From contig JAIOOV010000003.1 of the NCBI GenBank assembly GCA_021414235.1, positions 37,560 to 101,559 of the forward strand: a stretch of DNA of 64,000 nt. Reading direction: 5' to 3'. Shown one piece after another: positions 17,767 to 27,337 of the stretch. Below the pieces are notes generated by a model that was not told the DNA's origin, did not search any database, and was given only the letters and a program-made list of their open reading frames with translations. The translations under genes were made by a program, and so were the position numbers. The first letter of the stretch is position 1. Each line of letters opens with the position of its first letter. The stretch is from Candidatus Parcubacteria bacterium. GTDB lineage: Bacteria > Patescibacteriota > Minisyncoccia > Phycocordibacterales > JAKFXT01.

Positions 17767-19782
17767 CTATTCGAGCAGGCGCTTGAGTTCGTCTTCGGGT
17801 ACTTCGCGTACATGCGAAGCCTTGGGTCTTGGGGCAGGACGCTCAGCGGCTTGATTCGACTCAGGAGGATCTTCCCTTCTCTCTTCCTTCGGAAGCGGAT
17901 TAGGGGGAACAGGAGTCGCTTTCGGAGCAGAAGCTAGGCCGCTTGGATTCTGTTTCTTGAGGGCCTCCTGGAGCGCAGCATGGAGGAGCTCTTTGTTGGC
18001 GGTCTTGCCGCCGCGGACTTCCCCTTTCGGCTGGGGAGGTTTCCTGAGGCTTTCGTTCTGGGAAGGCTCGGATGAACGACTCGGGGCCGTTTTAGTCACA
18101 GGAGGACGCGGGGCTTGAGGCGCAGGCGTCTGGCTCTCTGACCTCGGAGGAGACGAGTCGCGTGGCGGTCTCGGCATCTCCGGCGGACGAACGACGGAGG
18201 GTTTCTCTACGGGAGGTCGATGAGCGGGTGCCGCAGCGGGAGGCACTTTGGGAATAGACGGTATGGAAGAAGCGTCTTCCTTTACCACAGAAGCAAGCAC
18301 CGCACGAAGGCCAGTGAGATGCTGCTTGGATTCAAAATTCTCGCGCTCTGCTTCGCGCACCAGCGCGGACGGAACGCGAGGGGCGTCTTCCCTCACAGAA
18401 GGCGGACGAGGCGTAGCTATAGGAGTCGGACGCGGAGCCGAGGTGGAAGCCGAAGGACCAGCAGCCTCTTTCGGCTTGAGGCTCGCCACCACCGCAGACG
18501 ACTGGGTCTGTTCAGCGATACTCACCTCCACCTGTGCACGCGGCTTAGCATAGACCATGCGCGAATTAGCGATGACACTATCCCTGAAAGAAAGCGCGGG
18601 AGCGGGTATCGGCGGCATGGTAGTGGCAGAAAAAGGCGTAGAGCTGACTCCGTCGATCATGAGCTTAAGATATATCTGGCGTATCCCTAGGTTCACGATG
18701 TCTTCGGCCAGGAAGTGTGGAGCGAACTCCTTCTCGAAGAGCTCTGCATCGATTGCCCCCACGCGGAAGGCGATCAGGGTACCGACGTTGCCGATGACTG
18801 CGGCACGCACTTCTTCCGACATCTGCTCCACGTACTGATGGGCGATGGTCAGATTCAACTTATACTTGCGCGCCTCCGAGAGGATGTCTGCGAAGGACTC
18901 GTTGGCGAAGGACTGGAATTCGTCCACGTAGAGATAGAAATTCGGGAGCTTAGCGAGCTTGTCTGCCGGCACATCCGCGCGGCTCATGGCCGCGAGATAT
19001 ATCTTGGTAATGAGCATGCTACCGAGGAGATTGGCATTGCTCTCCCCCACCTTGCCCTTAGAGAGGTTGATGATGAGGATCTTCTTCTCATCCATCATCT
19101 TACGGATATCAAAGGTGGAATTCTCCTGACCCACGATATTGCGGATGAGCGGATTAGAGGTGAACTGTCCCACTTTGTTCTGGATGGCAGGGGTCGCCTC
19201 CGCTGCGAACTTGTCCGTATACTTGGCGAACTCATCCACCCAGAAGGATTTGGTTCCGGGATCCTTCACCGACTCCACCACCTTGTTGCGGAACGCTTTG
19301 TCCGTGAGCATCTTGTTGATACCCATCATGGTGGCGCCGGGGAATTCAAGAAGAGCCAGCACCGTGTTCTGGAGGATGTACTCCATACGCGCAGACCAGG
19401 CATCCTCCCAGATCTTGTGGAAGGCACTCATGAGACCGGAGACCACTAAATGACGACGATCCGCACCGATATCCTCGATGACGTTGAAGCCGATGGGGTA
19501 CTCCATGTCGAAGGGCGCGAAATACAAAACATCCTTCACGCGATCTTCCGGTATGTAATCGAGGAGCTTCTCCGCAGTGCCGCCGTGCGGGTCGATGAAG
19601 GCGAGACCATCCCCATTCTGGATGTCCTGGATTGCCATGTTCTCGAGCAGGGTCGATTTACCCATGCCCGTCTTGCCGATGACGTAGACGTGCTTGGTAC
19701 GGTCCACCGCCTTGATGCCGAAGGGCACCTTCTTATTGCGCGTGTCGGTCAGGCCGAAATAGGTGATGCGATTGTCGTCCAT
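17767..19782 (-). CDS. Soluble VirD4/TraG/TrwB-like (type IV coupling protein family) P-loop ATPase with a ~260-aa proline-rich disordered C-terminal tail.
   Basis: Walker A IGKTGMGKST, Walker B LYVDEFQSF, TraG-D_C-like block KYKLNLTIAHQYVEQM...IGNVGTLIAFRVG. No N-terminal TM helices. Tail PRPTPIATPRPPSVREDAPRVP... Confidence 0.65.
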   Translation of the reverse strand: MDDNRITYFGLTDTRNKKVPFGIKAVDRTKHVYVIGKTGMGKSTLLENMAIQDIQNGDGLAFIDPHGGTAEKLLDYIPEDRVKDVLYFAPFDMEYPIGFNVIEDIGADRRHLVVSGLMSAFHKIWEDAWSARMEYILQNTVLALLEFPGATMMGINKMLTDKAFRNKVVESVKDPGTKSFWVDEFAKYTDKFAAEATPAIQNKVGQFTSNPLIRNIVGQENSTFDIRKMMDEKKILIINLSKGKVGESNANLLGSMLITKIYLAAMSRADVPADKLAKLPNFYLYVDEFQSFANESFADILSEARKYKLNLTIAHQYVEQMSEEVRAAVIGNVGTLIAFRVGAIDAELFEKEFAPHFLAEDIVNLGIRQIYLKLMIDGVSSTPFSATTMPPIPAPALSFRDSVIANSRMVYAKPRAQVEVSIAEQTQSSAVVASLKPKEAAGPSASTSAPRPTPIATPRPPSVREDAPRVPSALVREAERENFESKQHLTGLRAVLASVVKEDASSIPSIPKVPPAAAPAHRPPVEKPSVVRPPEMPRPPRDSSPPRSESQTPAPQAPRPPVTKTAPSRSSEPSQNESLRKPPQPKGEVRGGKTANKELLHAALQEALKKQNPSGLASAPKATPVPPNPLPKEERREDPPESNQAAERPAPRPKASHVREVPEDELKRLLE

Positions 19783-19818
19783 AGAAAGAAAGTCCCAGAT
19801 AGTATACCAAAAATAATT

Positions 19819-19846
19819 CGGGACCCCACTTTTCAGCGGGGTCCCT
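19819..19846 (-). terminator. Terminator hairpin.
   Basis: GGGACCCC-acttttcagc-GGGGTCCC preceded on the plus strand by an A-run (U-run on the minus strand). Confidence 0.5.
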
Positions 19847-19851
19847 TCTGA

Positions 19852-20052
19852 TCATCTTAATTTCCACCGGTTGTGGGTACGATCGTACTGTTTGACCATC
19901 TCTCGGTAGACGGGCTCCATCTGAGCAAGGCCCGGCGAGTAGCCGACAAGCGGCTTTCCACTCTCCAACACCTCTATCATTTCGCCCACATGGCGGGGAT
20001 CCATGCGTCCGACGTAGCCTCCCCAGATAGCTTGGAGGGCTTCGAGCGGCAA
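19852..20052 (-). CDS. Hypothetical small soluble protein (66 aa).
   Basis: ORF track; flanked by the terminator; no recognisable motifs. Confidence 0.35.
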   Translation of the reverse strand: MPLEALQAIWGGYVGRMDPRHVGEMIEVLESGKPLVGYSPGLAQMEPVYREMVKQYDRTHNRWKLR

Positions 20053-20134
20053 TTCATCGATTTCGATCAGAATCCTCCAGGAAAGAGCAGAGGCCGATAT
20101 TACCCTCTTCGACTTCGAATAGGCAAGCCTTCGG

Positions 20135-21355
20135 TTACTTCTCTAAAACCTGCCGCAGACTCGTGTATTTATTCGCCGCATCCCAGAAGATCCAGGACGT
20201 AAGCCCTGCGTCATACGTCGCCTGTATCTGCGCCTTCACCATCTCCGGAGTGTAGGGTACCGGGTAATCGAAGCTTTGGAGCCAGGGGCGCATCTTCGTA
20301 CGATCGTATGAAGGCTTAGCGTAGAGCTGCGGCGAAGTCGAAGCGATTAAGGTATGAGTGAGGGCTGCCACAATAGTCGTAGTGCCAGCCGCGCGGTCCG
20401 CTGCTCTCTTCATGGAAAACTGCACGATGTTGTAGGCATTAGCATTCACGTTCTTGTAGCCGTTGAAGCCTGTGGGATAGTGCGAGGGATAGACCATCGG
20501 ATAGATGTAGTCGAAGTACGGCAGCGCGCGCTCCAAAACCTGGCCGATGTTGAGATCATCCACATTAGTGGCGGTCATGCCGAAGAGATCCGCGGAGAGG
20601 ACTGCGCCCGTCGGGCGGAGCTTCTCACTGAGATATTTGAAAAACTCCTCGAGCGCCTCTGGCTTGCTCTTACCCTTGCTCCAAGTGTAATCCGCCTCCG
20701 CCATGGGGCCGTCGGAGGGGAAGCGTACGTAATCGAAATTGAGCTCGTCGAAGCCGAGCTCGTAGGAAATCTTGCCGAGCTCCACTACGTGATCCCAGTA
20801 CGGACGAGCACCGACATCCACGAAGGCGAGCCCCTTGTTGTCCTTCCAGACTCCCCCGCTCTTCTTCTGTACCGCCTGCTCCGGATACTGCGAAGTGTAG
20901 TAGGGGTTCTGGAACGTGGTAATGCGACCAATGACGAAGATGCCTTTCTCATGGAGCGAAGCGATGAACTCCTTCATATCCTTGGCGCCACAGGCGTCGG
21001 AGACGGAATCCTTCAATAGCGGATTGTCCGTAGGAAAGGAGATCTTGCCGGTGAAATCGCGGATATCGATGATGATCGCGTTAAGCTCTGTATCTTCCAC
21101 TAGCTTCACCAGGCCGTTGCGGATGGATGGAGTACCAGAAACACACTGGCTCATGTAGATGGCCTTGAGAGGTTCCGGAGCAGGTAGATGCTTGGCGGCA
21201 GGAAGAGTCGGCTTTAGAGGAGTCGAGCTTGCTACGGATACTTCAGCTGCAGCCGCCGGAGCATTCTCGTAGGTAATAGGGGTGAGATATGGAAAAGCAG
21301 AGACACCCGCAAGGAGGAGAAGAGCGGGTAAAGCGATGATCGGAAGAAATCGCAT
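20135..21355 (-). CDS. Secreted TIM-barrel glycoside-hydrolase-like protein (GHL/DUF4015-type family).
   Basis: Signal peptide MRFLPIIALPALLLLAGVSA; NAIIIDIRDFTGKISF, GIFVIGRITTFQNPYY blocks. Confidence 0.55.
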   Translation of the reverse strand: MRFLPIIALPALLLLAGVSAFPYLTPITYENAPAAAAEVSVASSTPLKPTLPAAKHLPAPEPLKAIYMSQCVSGTPSIRNGLVKLVEDTELNAIIIDIRDFTGKISFPTDNPLLKDSVSDACGAKDMKEFIASLHEKGIFVIGRITTFQNPYYTSQYPEQAVQKKSGGVWKDNKGLAFVDVGARPYWDHVVELGKISYELGFDELNFDYVRFPSDGPMAEADYTWSKGKSKPEALEEFFKYLSEKLRPTGAVLSADLFGMTATNVDDLNIGQVLERALPYFDYIYPMVYPSHYPTGFNGYKNVNANAYNIVQFSMKRAADRAAGTTTIVAALTHTLIASTSPQLYAKPSYDRTKMRPWLQSFDYPVPYTPEMVKAQIQATYDAGLTSWIFWDAANKYTSLRQVLEK

Positions 21356-21358
21356 GAC

Positions 21359-21616
21359 TTACGCTTCCGAAGACGGATGGAGAGGAGCCGACTGATTACT
21401 CTGGGAAGATCCGCTGAACTCCTTGCGAGAACGACGTACGATGATGGGCTTCCCTGGCACGTGCTTCTTCTTGGGTACGCCCGAGTAGTAGCTCGCAGAA
21501 GCGATTCCCGCGCCGAGGATGAAATACAGAGGGGTCTTCCAGGAACCCGGAAGCCCTAGGAACGGCATGATGGCCACCAAGACGCCGAGCGTAGTAACAA
21601 GCTGTCTATACATCAC
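21359..21616 (-). CDS. Small membrane protein (85 aa), hypothetical.
   Basis: Two predicted TM helices. Confidence 0.4.
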   Translation of the reverse strand: MMYRQLVTTLGVLVAIMPFLGLPGSWKTPLYFILGAGIASASYYSGVPKKKHVPGKPIIVRRSRKEFSGSSQSNQSAPLHPSSEA

Positions 21617-21645
21617 ACGATTATACGACAGCGCTTTTTTCTGCG

Positions 21646-22332
21646 CTAGGCGCGACCGCTCACCATCAGCACGAATTCACCCCGCACTTTCTCTGGATTC
21701 TCGAGGAAATACGCCCTCACCTTCTCTGGCGAATCAGAGACGACTTCTTCATATATCTTGGATATCTCGCGGGAGACCACGAGAGTACGCGTGGGCTCGA
21801 GCTTCTCTACGAGCGCATCAAGCGTCTTTTCGAGACGATGTGGGGATTCATAGAAGGCCACCGTACGGGTGGAATCGGCGATCTCTGCAAACAGCGTGTT
21901 CCTCCCCTTCTTGTGCGGCAGGAATCCTAAGAACAGGAAGTCAGAAGACGGAAGACCGGAGACAGAGAGTGCTGCGGTGAGGGCGGAGGGTCCGGGGATG
22001 GCGATGATGGAAACTTCCGCGCCAAGCGAGGTACGGATAGCAGCCACAAGCTTAGCGCCGGGATCCGAGATCGCAGGCGTCCCGGCGTCCGAGACGAGCG
22101 CTAAATTCTTTCCTTCTTTCAAAAGCTCGACGATCTTCTCTTCTTTGGCCTCATCGGAATTCGAATGATATGAGAGCGTCGGCGTATGGATATCGTAATG
22201 AGAGAGGAGCTTGCGGGTGAGCCGCGTATCCTCGCAGAGGATCATGTCAACTTCTTTCAATATGCGAAGCGCGCGCGGAGAAACATCTTCTAAATTCCCG
22301 ATCGGTGTCGCAACGACGGAGAGAGTAGCCAT
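21646..22332 (-). CDS. rsmI: 16S rRNA (cytidine1402-2'-O)-methyltransferase RsmI.
   Basis: MATLSVVATPIGNLEDVSPRALRILKEVDMILCEDTRLTRKLL; start taken at MATL (the track ORF begins at an upstream GTG). Confidence 0.9.
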   Translation of the reverse strand: MATLSVVATPIGNLEDVSPRALRILKEVDMILCEDTRLTRKLLSHYDIHTPTLSYHSNSDEAKEEKIVELLKEGKNLALVSDAGTPAISDPGAKLVAAIRTSLGAEVSIIAIPGPSALTAALSVSGLPSSDFLFLGFLPHKKGRNTLFAEIADSTRTVAFYESPHRLEKTLDALVEKLEPTRTLVVSREISKIYEEVVSDSPEKVRAYFLENPEKVRGEFVLMVSGRA

Positions 22333-22336
22333 AGAT

Positions 22337-23629
22337 TTATGAAAGTATAGCTTCACCTACCTTGTGCGCCTCGCCAGCGCCAAGCGTAAGTACAAGATCA
22401 GAGGGACCAAGCGTGCTCTTGAGATATTCTTCCGCTTCAATGAAGGAAAGCGGAGAAACTTTGACTCCGCGCTTTCCGAGTTCGTCAGCGAGCATCTCGG
22501 AAGAGGTGGACCCGTCATCCTGCTCGCGCGCGGCATAGATCGGGAGCACAATCACTTCGTTGGCATCCCCGAAGCTCTCCGCGAATTCCGGAAGCAGGAG
22601 CCGCGTACGGCTATAGAGGTGCGGCTGGAAGACCGCCACAATGCGGCGATCCGGATACTTCTCCCGCGTACCTTCGAGCGCCGCTCGTACCTTAGGAGGG
22701 TTGTGCGCGTAATCGTCATAGACAAAGGCTCCCGCAGGAGTCTCACCCTTATACTCGAAGCGCCGTGCGGTACCTTCAAAGGAAGCGAGTGCGGGCAATA
22801 CCACATCGTCTTTCACTCCTACAGTTCGCGCGGCAGAGAGTGCAGCCTTAGCATTCGCGATATTGTGTTTGCCTGGGAGCTTGAGCTGCGGGATTTCCCC
22901 CGCTTCAGCATAATTGACGACCGTAGCCCTGAGCCCCTCAATGACAGGAAACAGATGGGGGTTCGCCGTATCGCAGACGACGAAGCCGTCTTCAGGCACT
23001 TTGAGCGCAAGTTCGCGGAAGGCGCTCTGGATATCTTCAAGATCCCTGTAGTAATCGAGGTGATCCCGATCAATGTTGGTGATGACCAGCACCTGCGGAG
23101 AGAAGTAGAGGAAGTGCCTCATGTATTCGTCCGCCTCCACCACGAAATATTTTCCACCGCCTGGGCGGAAATTACTCTTGGTCTTGACGCGCAGCGATCC
23201 CACAACTGCCGTAGGATCAAGCTTTGCCTCCTCCAATATATCGGTAAGCATGGCAGTCGTGGTCGTCTTGCCGTGAGTACCCGCGACGGCAAAGAGGTAA
23301 TACCCACGGGTCGCTTTCCCAAGGGCTTCGAAATATGAGAGCGTGGGCACGCCGCGCGAGCGCGCTTCTTCAAGCACCGCCGGATGCTTGGTGAGCCAGG
23401 CGTCGCTATATATGTAGCAATCGGCGGAAGGGAGCGCCTTGGGATCTAGGTCAAGGGAGATGGAGACTCCCTGAGCACGGAGCTCATCAAGCGTCGCCGC
23501 GCTTTCGTTATCCTCCGTGCCGGAGATCACACGACCCTCGTGATGCAGGAGCCGTGCGAGCGCGGAGATACCGATCCCTCCGATGCCAATGAGGTGTATC
23601 CGCTTCGCCTGTGTGAGAGATTCTTCCAC
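22337..23629 (-). CDS. murC: UDP-N-acetylmuramate--L-alanine ligase MurC.
   Basis: IHLIGIGGIGISALARLL, GTHGKTTTT P-loop. Confidence 0.95.
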   Translation of the reverse strand: MEESLTQAKRIHLIGIGGIGISALARLLHHEGRVISGTEDNESAATLDELRAQGVSISLDLDPKALPSADCYIYSDAWLTKHPAVLEEARSRGVPTLSYFEALGKATRGYYLFAVAGTHGKTTTTAMLTDILEEAKLDPTAVVGSLRVKTKSNFRPGGGKYFVVEADEYMRHFLYFSPQVLVITNIDRDHLDYYRDLEDIQSAFRELALKVPEDGFVVCDTANPHLFPVIEGLRATVVNYAEAGEIPQLKLPGKHNIANAKAALSAARTVGVKDDVVLPALASFEGTARRFEYKGETPAGAFVYDDYAHNPPKVRAALEGTREKYPDRRIVAVFQPHLYSRTRLLLPEFAESFGDANEVIVLPIYAAREQDDGSTSSEMLADELGKRGVKVSPLSFIEAEEYLKSTLGPSDLVLTLGAGEAHKVGEAILS

Positions 23630-23652
23630 GGAAAGGAGTATAGCAAATGACC

Positions 23653-25005
23653 CTACTTGAGCGCCCTGATGAGCTTCAGGAACTTCTCTCCCCTATCGTA
23701 TTCATTCTGGAAGAGACCGAAGGACGCAAAAGCCGGACTGAAGAGGATGACGTCCCCCTTCTCAGTGGCATCGAAGGCTTCGCGTATCGCCCCCGAGAGA
23801 TTGGTTACTCGCACAACCTTCTTTTCAAGCACCGCAGAAAGCACCAGCTTATCCGTCCCCGTTCCCGGCAGGAGGATTATCTTCTTCGTATGCTTCGGCA
23901 GGACCAAGAGGAGCTTACTCATATCGAGCTCCTTGTCCGCCCCGCCCATGATGAGGATGGGTTTCTGTGGGGCGAGAGCGGCGAGCGCTGCACGAGTCGC
24001 ATCCGGCGTAGTGGCGTTGGTGTCGTTGTACACTTTGACCCCGCGCACCTCGCGCACGAATTCGAGGCGTCCCGGAAGACCGATGAAATTAGCCAGCGTC
24101 TCTCGCATCACATTCTCCGGCACGCCGAGCGCGCGGACAGCTTCCACAGCAAGCGCTGCGTTCTCCCGGTTGTGCTCCCCGGGAATAGCGAGTTTGAAGG
24201 AAGGCGGTAGCTCCGAAGGAAGGATCAGCTTCCCCTTCCACTCATGCTCCTTAACGATGGTACGGATCTGCTTGGCAATCCCGCGGCCCGCCACCAGTAC
24301 ACCCCCTTTATCCTGATGCAGGAAGATCTGCGCCTTGTCCTTGAAATATTGCTCCGGGTCGCTCTTGTAGTAGTTGCGGTGATCCTCGAGCAGATTGCTG
24401 AAGACGGCGACCTGGGGAGAGATCCTGGCTTCGCCAAAGCCCTGGAGCTGCCAGGAGTCGAGCTCAAGGACGGTAATATCGCCCGGCTTCACCTTGGGTA
24501 AAAGACCCAGAGTAGAGACGCCACGGACATTGCCGCCGAGGTGCACTTTTTTTCCTGAGGCCTTGAGCATCTCATACACCAGATGCGTGATGGTGGATTT
24601 TCCGCGAGTGCCGGTGACACCCACGATCGGCCCTGGTGCAAAGCGCGCGAAGAGTGAGGCACTCATCTCCACTGGTATCCCCTGCGCATGCGCTTCCGCG
24701 ATGTAGGGAGAATGGAGCGGCACACCGGCATTCTTCACCACCAAATCAACGTTATGAAAATCTGCGATATCATGCTTCCCCAGGACATAGCGGATGTCTT
24801 TGTATTTCTTGAGCTTCGTAAGCGAAGGGCGAAGTTCCTCCTCGCTCTTGAGATCGGTCACCGTGAGCACAGCTCCGCACTTGGCCAGGAACTCAGCATC
24901 CCCTGCACCGCGGCCGAGAAGGCCTAGGCCCATGAGGGTAATGCGCTTCCCTTTGAAAAACGATTTATAGTCCGCAGGATTCATAGGAGACACTATATCC
25001 ACCAT
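23653..25005 (-). CDS. murD: UDP-N-acetylmuramoylalanine--D-glutamate ligase MurD.
   Basis: KRITLMGLGLLGRG, GTRGKSTIT P-loop. Start at MVDIV (residue 36 of the track ORF); MNP at 24984 is an alternative. Confidence 0.93.
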   Translation of the reverse strand: MVDIVSPMNPADYKSFFKGKRITLMGLGLLGRGAGDAEFLAKCGAVLTVTDLKSEEELRPSLTKLKKYKDIRYVLGKHDIADFHNVDLVVKNAGVPLHSPYIAEAHAQGIPVEMSASLFARFAPGPIVGVTGTRGKSTITHLVYEMLKASGKKVHLGGNVRGVSTLGLLPKVKPGDITVLELDSWQLQGFGEARISPQVAVFSNLLEDHRNYYKSDPEQYFKDKAQIFLHQDKGGVLVAGRGIAKQIRTIVKEHEWKGKLILPSELPPSFKLAIPGEHNRENAALAVEAVRALGVPENVMRETLANFIGLPGRLEFVREVRGVKVYNDTNATTPDATRAALAALAPQKPILIMGGADKELDMSKLLLVLPKHTKKIILLPGTGTDKLVLSAVLEKKVVRVTNLSGAIREAFDATEKGDVILFSPAFASFGLFQNEYDRGEKFLKLIRALK

Positions 25006-25148
25006 ACGGCTCTTTGCCCAGACCAGCCTCGTTAAACGGGATTGACTTTGCGCTGGCTGCGGAGTTATGGTGAAGCTTGGCCTTCCTGTTTTTCTGTGAA
25101 CCGGGGCCAACGTGTAACCATAGACTTCTAGCTTAGGGGACTAAAACG

Positions 25149-25325
25149 ATGAGTGGTCTGGACAAACCTCTGGTCGCACATCCACTGGAACTCGGCGATA
25201 ACGGCGCACCTCTTCCCTTCGGAAGAGAACGCGGGCCACGAGACGAAGGCGAAAAGATCCCTCCTCCCTATGGAGATGATCTTGTCGTCCAAAATTGTCT
25301 CTTGGCTAAGACCAAGAAGCCGTAG
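25149..25325 (+). CDS. Candidate 58-aa proline-rich small ORF with an upstream RBS-like GGGGA.
   Basis: GGGGA-8 nt-ATG; MSGLDKPLVAHPLELGDNGAPLPFGRERGPRDEGEKIPPPYGDDLVVQNCLLAKTKKP. Followed 50 nt later by a plus-strand terminator. Alternatively this region encodes an ncRNA. Confidence 0.2.
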   Translation: MSGLDKPLVAHPLELGDNGAPLPFGRERGPRDEGEKIPPPYGDDLVVQNCLLAKTKKP

Positions 25326-25376
25326 AGCTAGGAACACAACCGGGGGCGAGGGTTCAGCGCAACCCTTGCCCCGGAA

Positions 25377-25409
25377 GGTAACGGCGTCCGATGAGGACGG
25401 CCGTTTTTT
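25377..25409 (+). terminator. Strong plus-strand rho-independent terminator overlapping the stop codon of the minus-strand MFS gene.
   Basis: GGCGTCC-gatgag-GACGGCC followed by GTTTTTT. Confidence 0.55.
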
Positions 25410-26622
25410 AATTTCGTCGCATGAACACGAAGAGGATACCCCAAGAGAGGAAAATGAGGGCGGAACCCGCGAGGAACGGAGCGTTCAAGCCGAGGAATCC
25501 ACCGCCAAGACCGGCGGCCACCGGGATCACTCCCTGAGCGAGCGCCATGAGGGAGCCATTGATGCCGAGTGCTGCTCCCTGCCGGTCCGCAGAGACGCTC
25601 TTTGAGACGAGCGCGCTCATGTTGGCCATAGTGAGACCTTGCGGGATAGCGAAGAACGGCATGAGCACGAAGAGGTAGAGTGCTTCGGGCATGAAGGGAT
25701 AAAGCGCGAGCATAGCCGCTACTGAGAAAATACTCACTTTCAGGATCTTCCTCTCTGCAAATTTTCCGGAGAGGATACGCAGGATCACGAGCTGAGTGAA
25801 GACGATCCAGAAGCCAGTAACAGCAAAGAAGGTGCCGACACCTTTCTCATCGAAGCCAAAGCGGTTTACCAAGAGGATGGAGATGAAGGAAGTGAAGAAA
25901 GCGAAGCCCGCCATATAGAGAAAGCTCGAGAGATATACTGGCCGGGCATCGTGATCATCGAACGCCGCCTTTATATTCTGAATCCCCTTCAGAATGTGGA
26001 AACTGCGCTTCTCAGCAGCAGGAGTGCGGCGTGTCTCCGGCAGGAAGAAATACAGGAAGAGGACGTTGAGGATGCCGAGCGCTCCTGCAAACCAGAACGG
26101 CGCAGACGCGCTATGAAAATACCCAGCGATCAATCCCCCGAGGAGCGGACCGAGGATGAAGCCGATGCCGAAAGCAGCCCCGGTGAGCCCGAAGTTCTTG
26201 GCCCGATCCTTGGGTTCGGTCACGTCCGCGATCGTCGCCTGCGCGATGCTGAAGTTCGCCCCCGCGATACCCGCCACGATACGGCTCACGATGAGGAGTG
26301 CGAGCGAAGCTGTCTCGACGCCGAAACCAAAGAGAAGCTGAGAAAGCGCAAGGACCGCGACGCCGGTAATAAGGAGTCGCTTGCGGCCATAGACGTCAGA
26401 GAGCTCGCCTAAGAGCGGCGCTGCGATGAATTGCATCAATCCGAACAAAGCAGTCACGAGCCCTGCAATGAGAAACTGCGCACTCTGCGAATAGCCCTGC
26501 AGAATAAAGTGCGAAGAAGCTGGATCGGTGAAGATGATCGGAATAATGGGAATGATCATCCCGATACCGATCATGTCGAGAAGCAGCGTGCCGAAGATAA
26601 CGGGGAGGATTCTTTTTTGCAT
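25408..26622 (-). CDS. MFS transporter (drug/H+ antiporter-like).
   Basis: 12 TM helices, MFS motif A-like region [13 protein letters not shown]. Confidence 0.9.
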   Translation of the reverse strand: MQKRILPVIFGTLLLDMIGIGMIIPIIPIIFTDPASSHFILQGYSQSAQFLIAGLVTALFGLMQFIAAPLLGELSDVYGRKRLLITGVAVLALSQLLFGFGVETASLALLIVSRIVAGIAGANFSIAQATIADVTEPKDRAKNFGLTGAAFGIGFILGPLLGGLIAGYFHSASAPFWFAGALGILNVLFLYFFLPETRRTPAAEKRSFHILKGIQNIKAAFDDHDARPVYLSSFLYMAGFAFFTSFISILLVNRFGFDEKGVGTFFAVTGFWIVFTQLVILRILSGKFAERKILKVSIFSVAAMLALYPFMPEALYLFVLMPFFAIPQGLTMANMSALVSKSVSADRQGAALGINGSLMALAQGVIPVAAGLGGGFLGLNAPFLAGSALIFLSWGILFVFMRRN

Positions 26623-26658
26623 AAATAAAAAGCCTAAAGTTCTTGATTATGCACTTTG

Positions 26659-26742
26659 TGGGCGAGGGGAGACTCGAACTCCCAATCCCTTGCGGGAACT
26701 ACGACCTGAACGTAGCGCGTCTACCAATTTCGCCACTCGCCC
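26659..26742 (-). tRNA. tRNA-Leu(CAG), type II with long variable arm; no encoded CCA.
   Basis: GGGCGAG-UG-GCGA-AAUUGGUAGA-CGCG-C-UACGU-UCAGGUC-GUAGU-long variable arm-GGGAG-UUCGAGU-CUCCC-CUCGCCC-A. Closely resembles E. coli tRNA-Leu. Confidence 0.9.
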
Positions 26743-26791
26743 ACAAAATCCACAATGACCCGCCCATACTAGCGGAAACCCCGATGTCGGA

Positions 26792-27331
26792 CTAGCCCCG
26801 ACTTTCAAAAGAACGAGAAACGAGAGAAACAGCAAGCAACATCAGAAGCGCGCTGATTGCCATCACCGGGAAGGTCACGTAACCGAATTCCTGGAAATAG
26901 ATCTTGGAGCAATCGGGGCCATTCGCAGCACACGGAAGCAGAGAGAGATTGAAGGTCTGGAGAAGCCAGTGCGCCCCAGCGAAGAAGAGGCCGAAAACGG
27001 AGAGCGGGAGCGTGTAGCGCCAGATCCCGTTATCTCTCCGAAGCCAGGCAATGAAGAAGAGGACCACCTGCGGATAGATGAAGATGCGCTGCCACCAGCA
27101 GAGCGTGCATGGCTCGAAACCGACGATCTCTGAATAGTAGAGACTCAAGACGAAGGAGAAGAGAGCGATGAGTGCCCCCCAGAGGAGCATGGGCCGCACG
27201 AGCGAGGCAGGCAGATAATCCTGCGGATATTTCCCGAATAGCATCCCCGCAAATACTGCGACAAGCGCGATGTCCGCCACAACAGTAGCGAAAGAGAGGA
27301 TCGTGGTGATGAGAGCTGCGTTCTCTGCCAT
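26792..27331 (-). CDS. Disulfide bond formation protein DsbB/BdbC family.
   Basis: Four TM helices with CTLCWWQR (CxxC...QR) motif and a second Cys pair (C...C) in the second periplasmic loop. Confidence 0.8.
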   Translation of the reverse strand: MAENAALITTILSFATVVADIALVAVFAGMLFGKYPQDYLPASLVRPMLLWGALIALFSFVLSLYYSEIVGFEPCTLCWWQRIFIYPQVVLFFIAWLRRDNGIWRYTLPLSVFGLFFAGAHWLLQTFNLSLLPCAANGPDCSKIYFQEFGYVTFPVMAISALLMLLAVSLVSRSFESRG

Positions 27332-27337
27332 AAGGAC

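Noticed and set aside
25006-25407. tmRNA, RNase P RNA, SRP RNA or 6S RNA in the murD-MFS gap.
   Set aside because: Hallmark motifs are absent on both strands (tRNA-like GGUUCGAUUCC...CCA end, P4 GGAAAGUCCGG/ACAGAAACCCGGCUUA, SRP AGGUCAGG...GGAA...AGCAGC). Kept only as an unclassified element.
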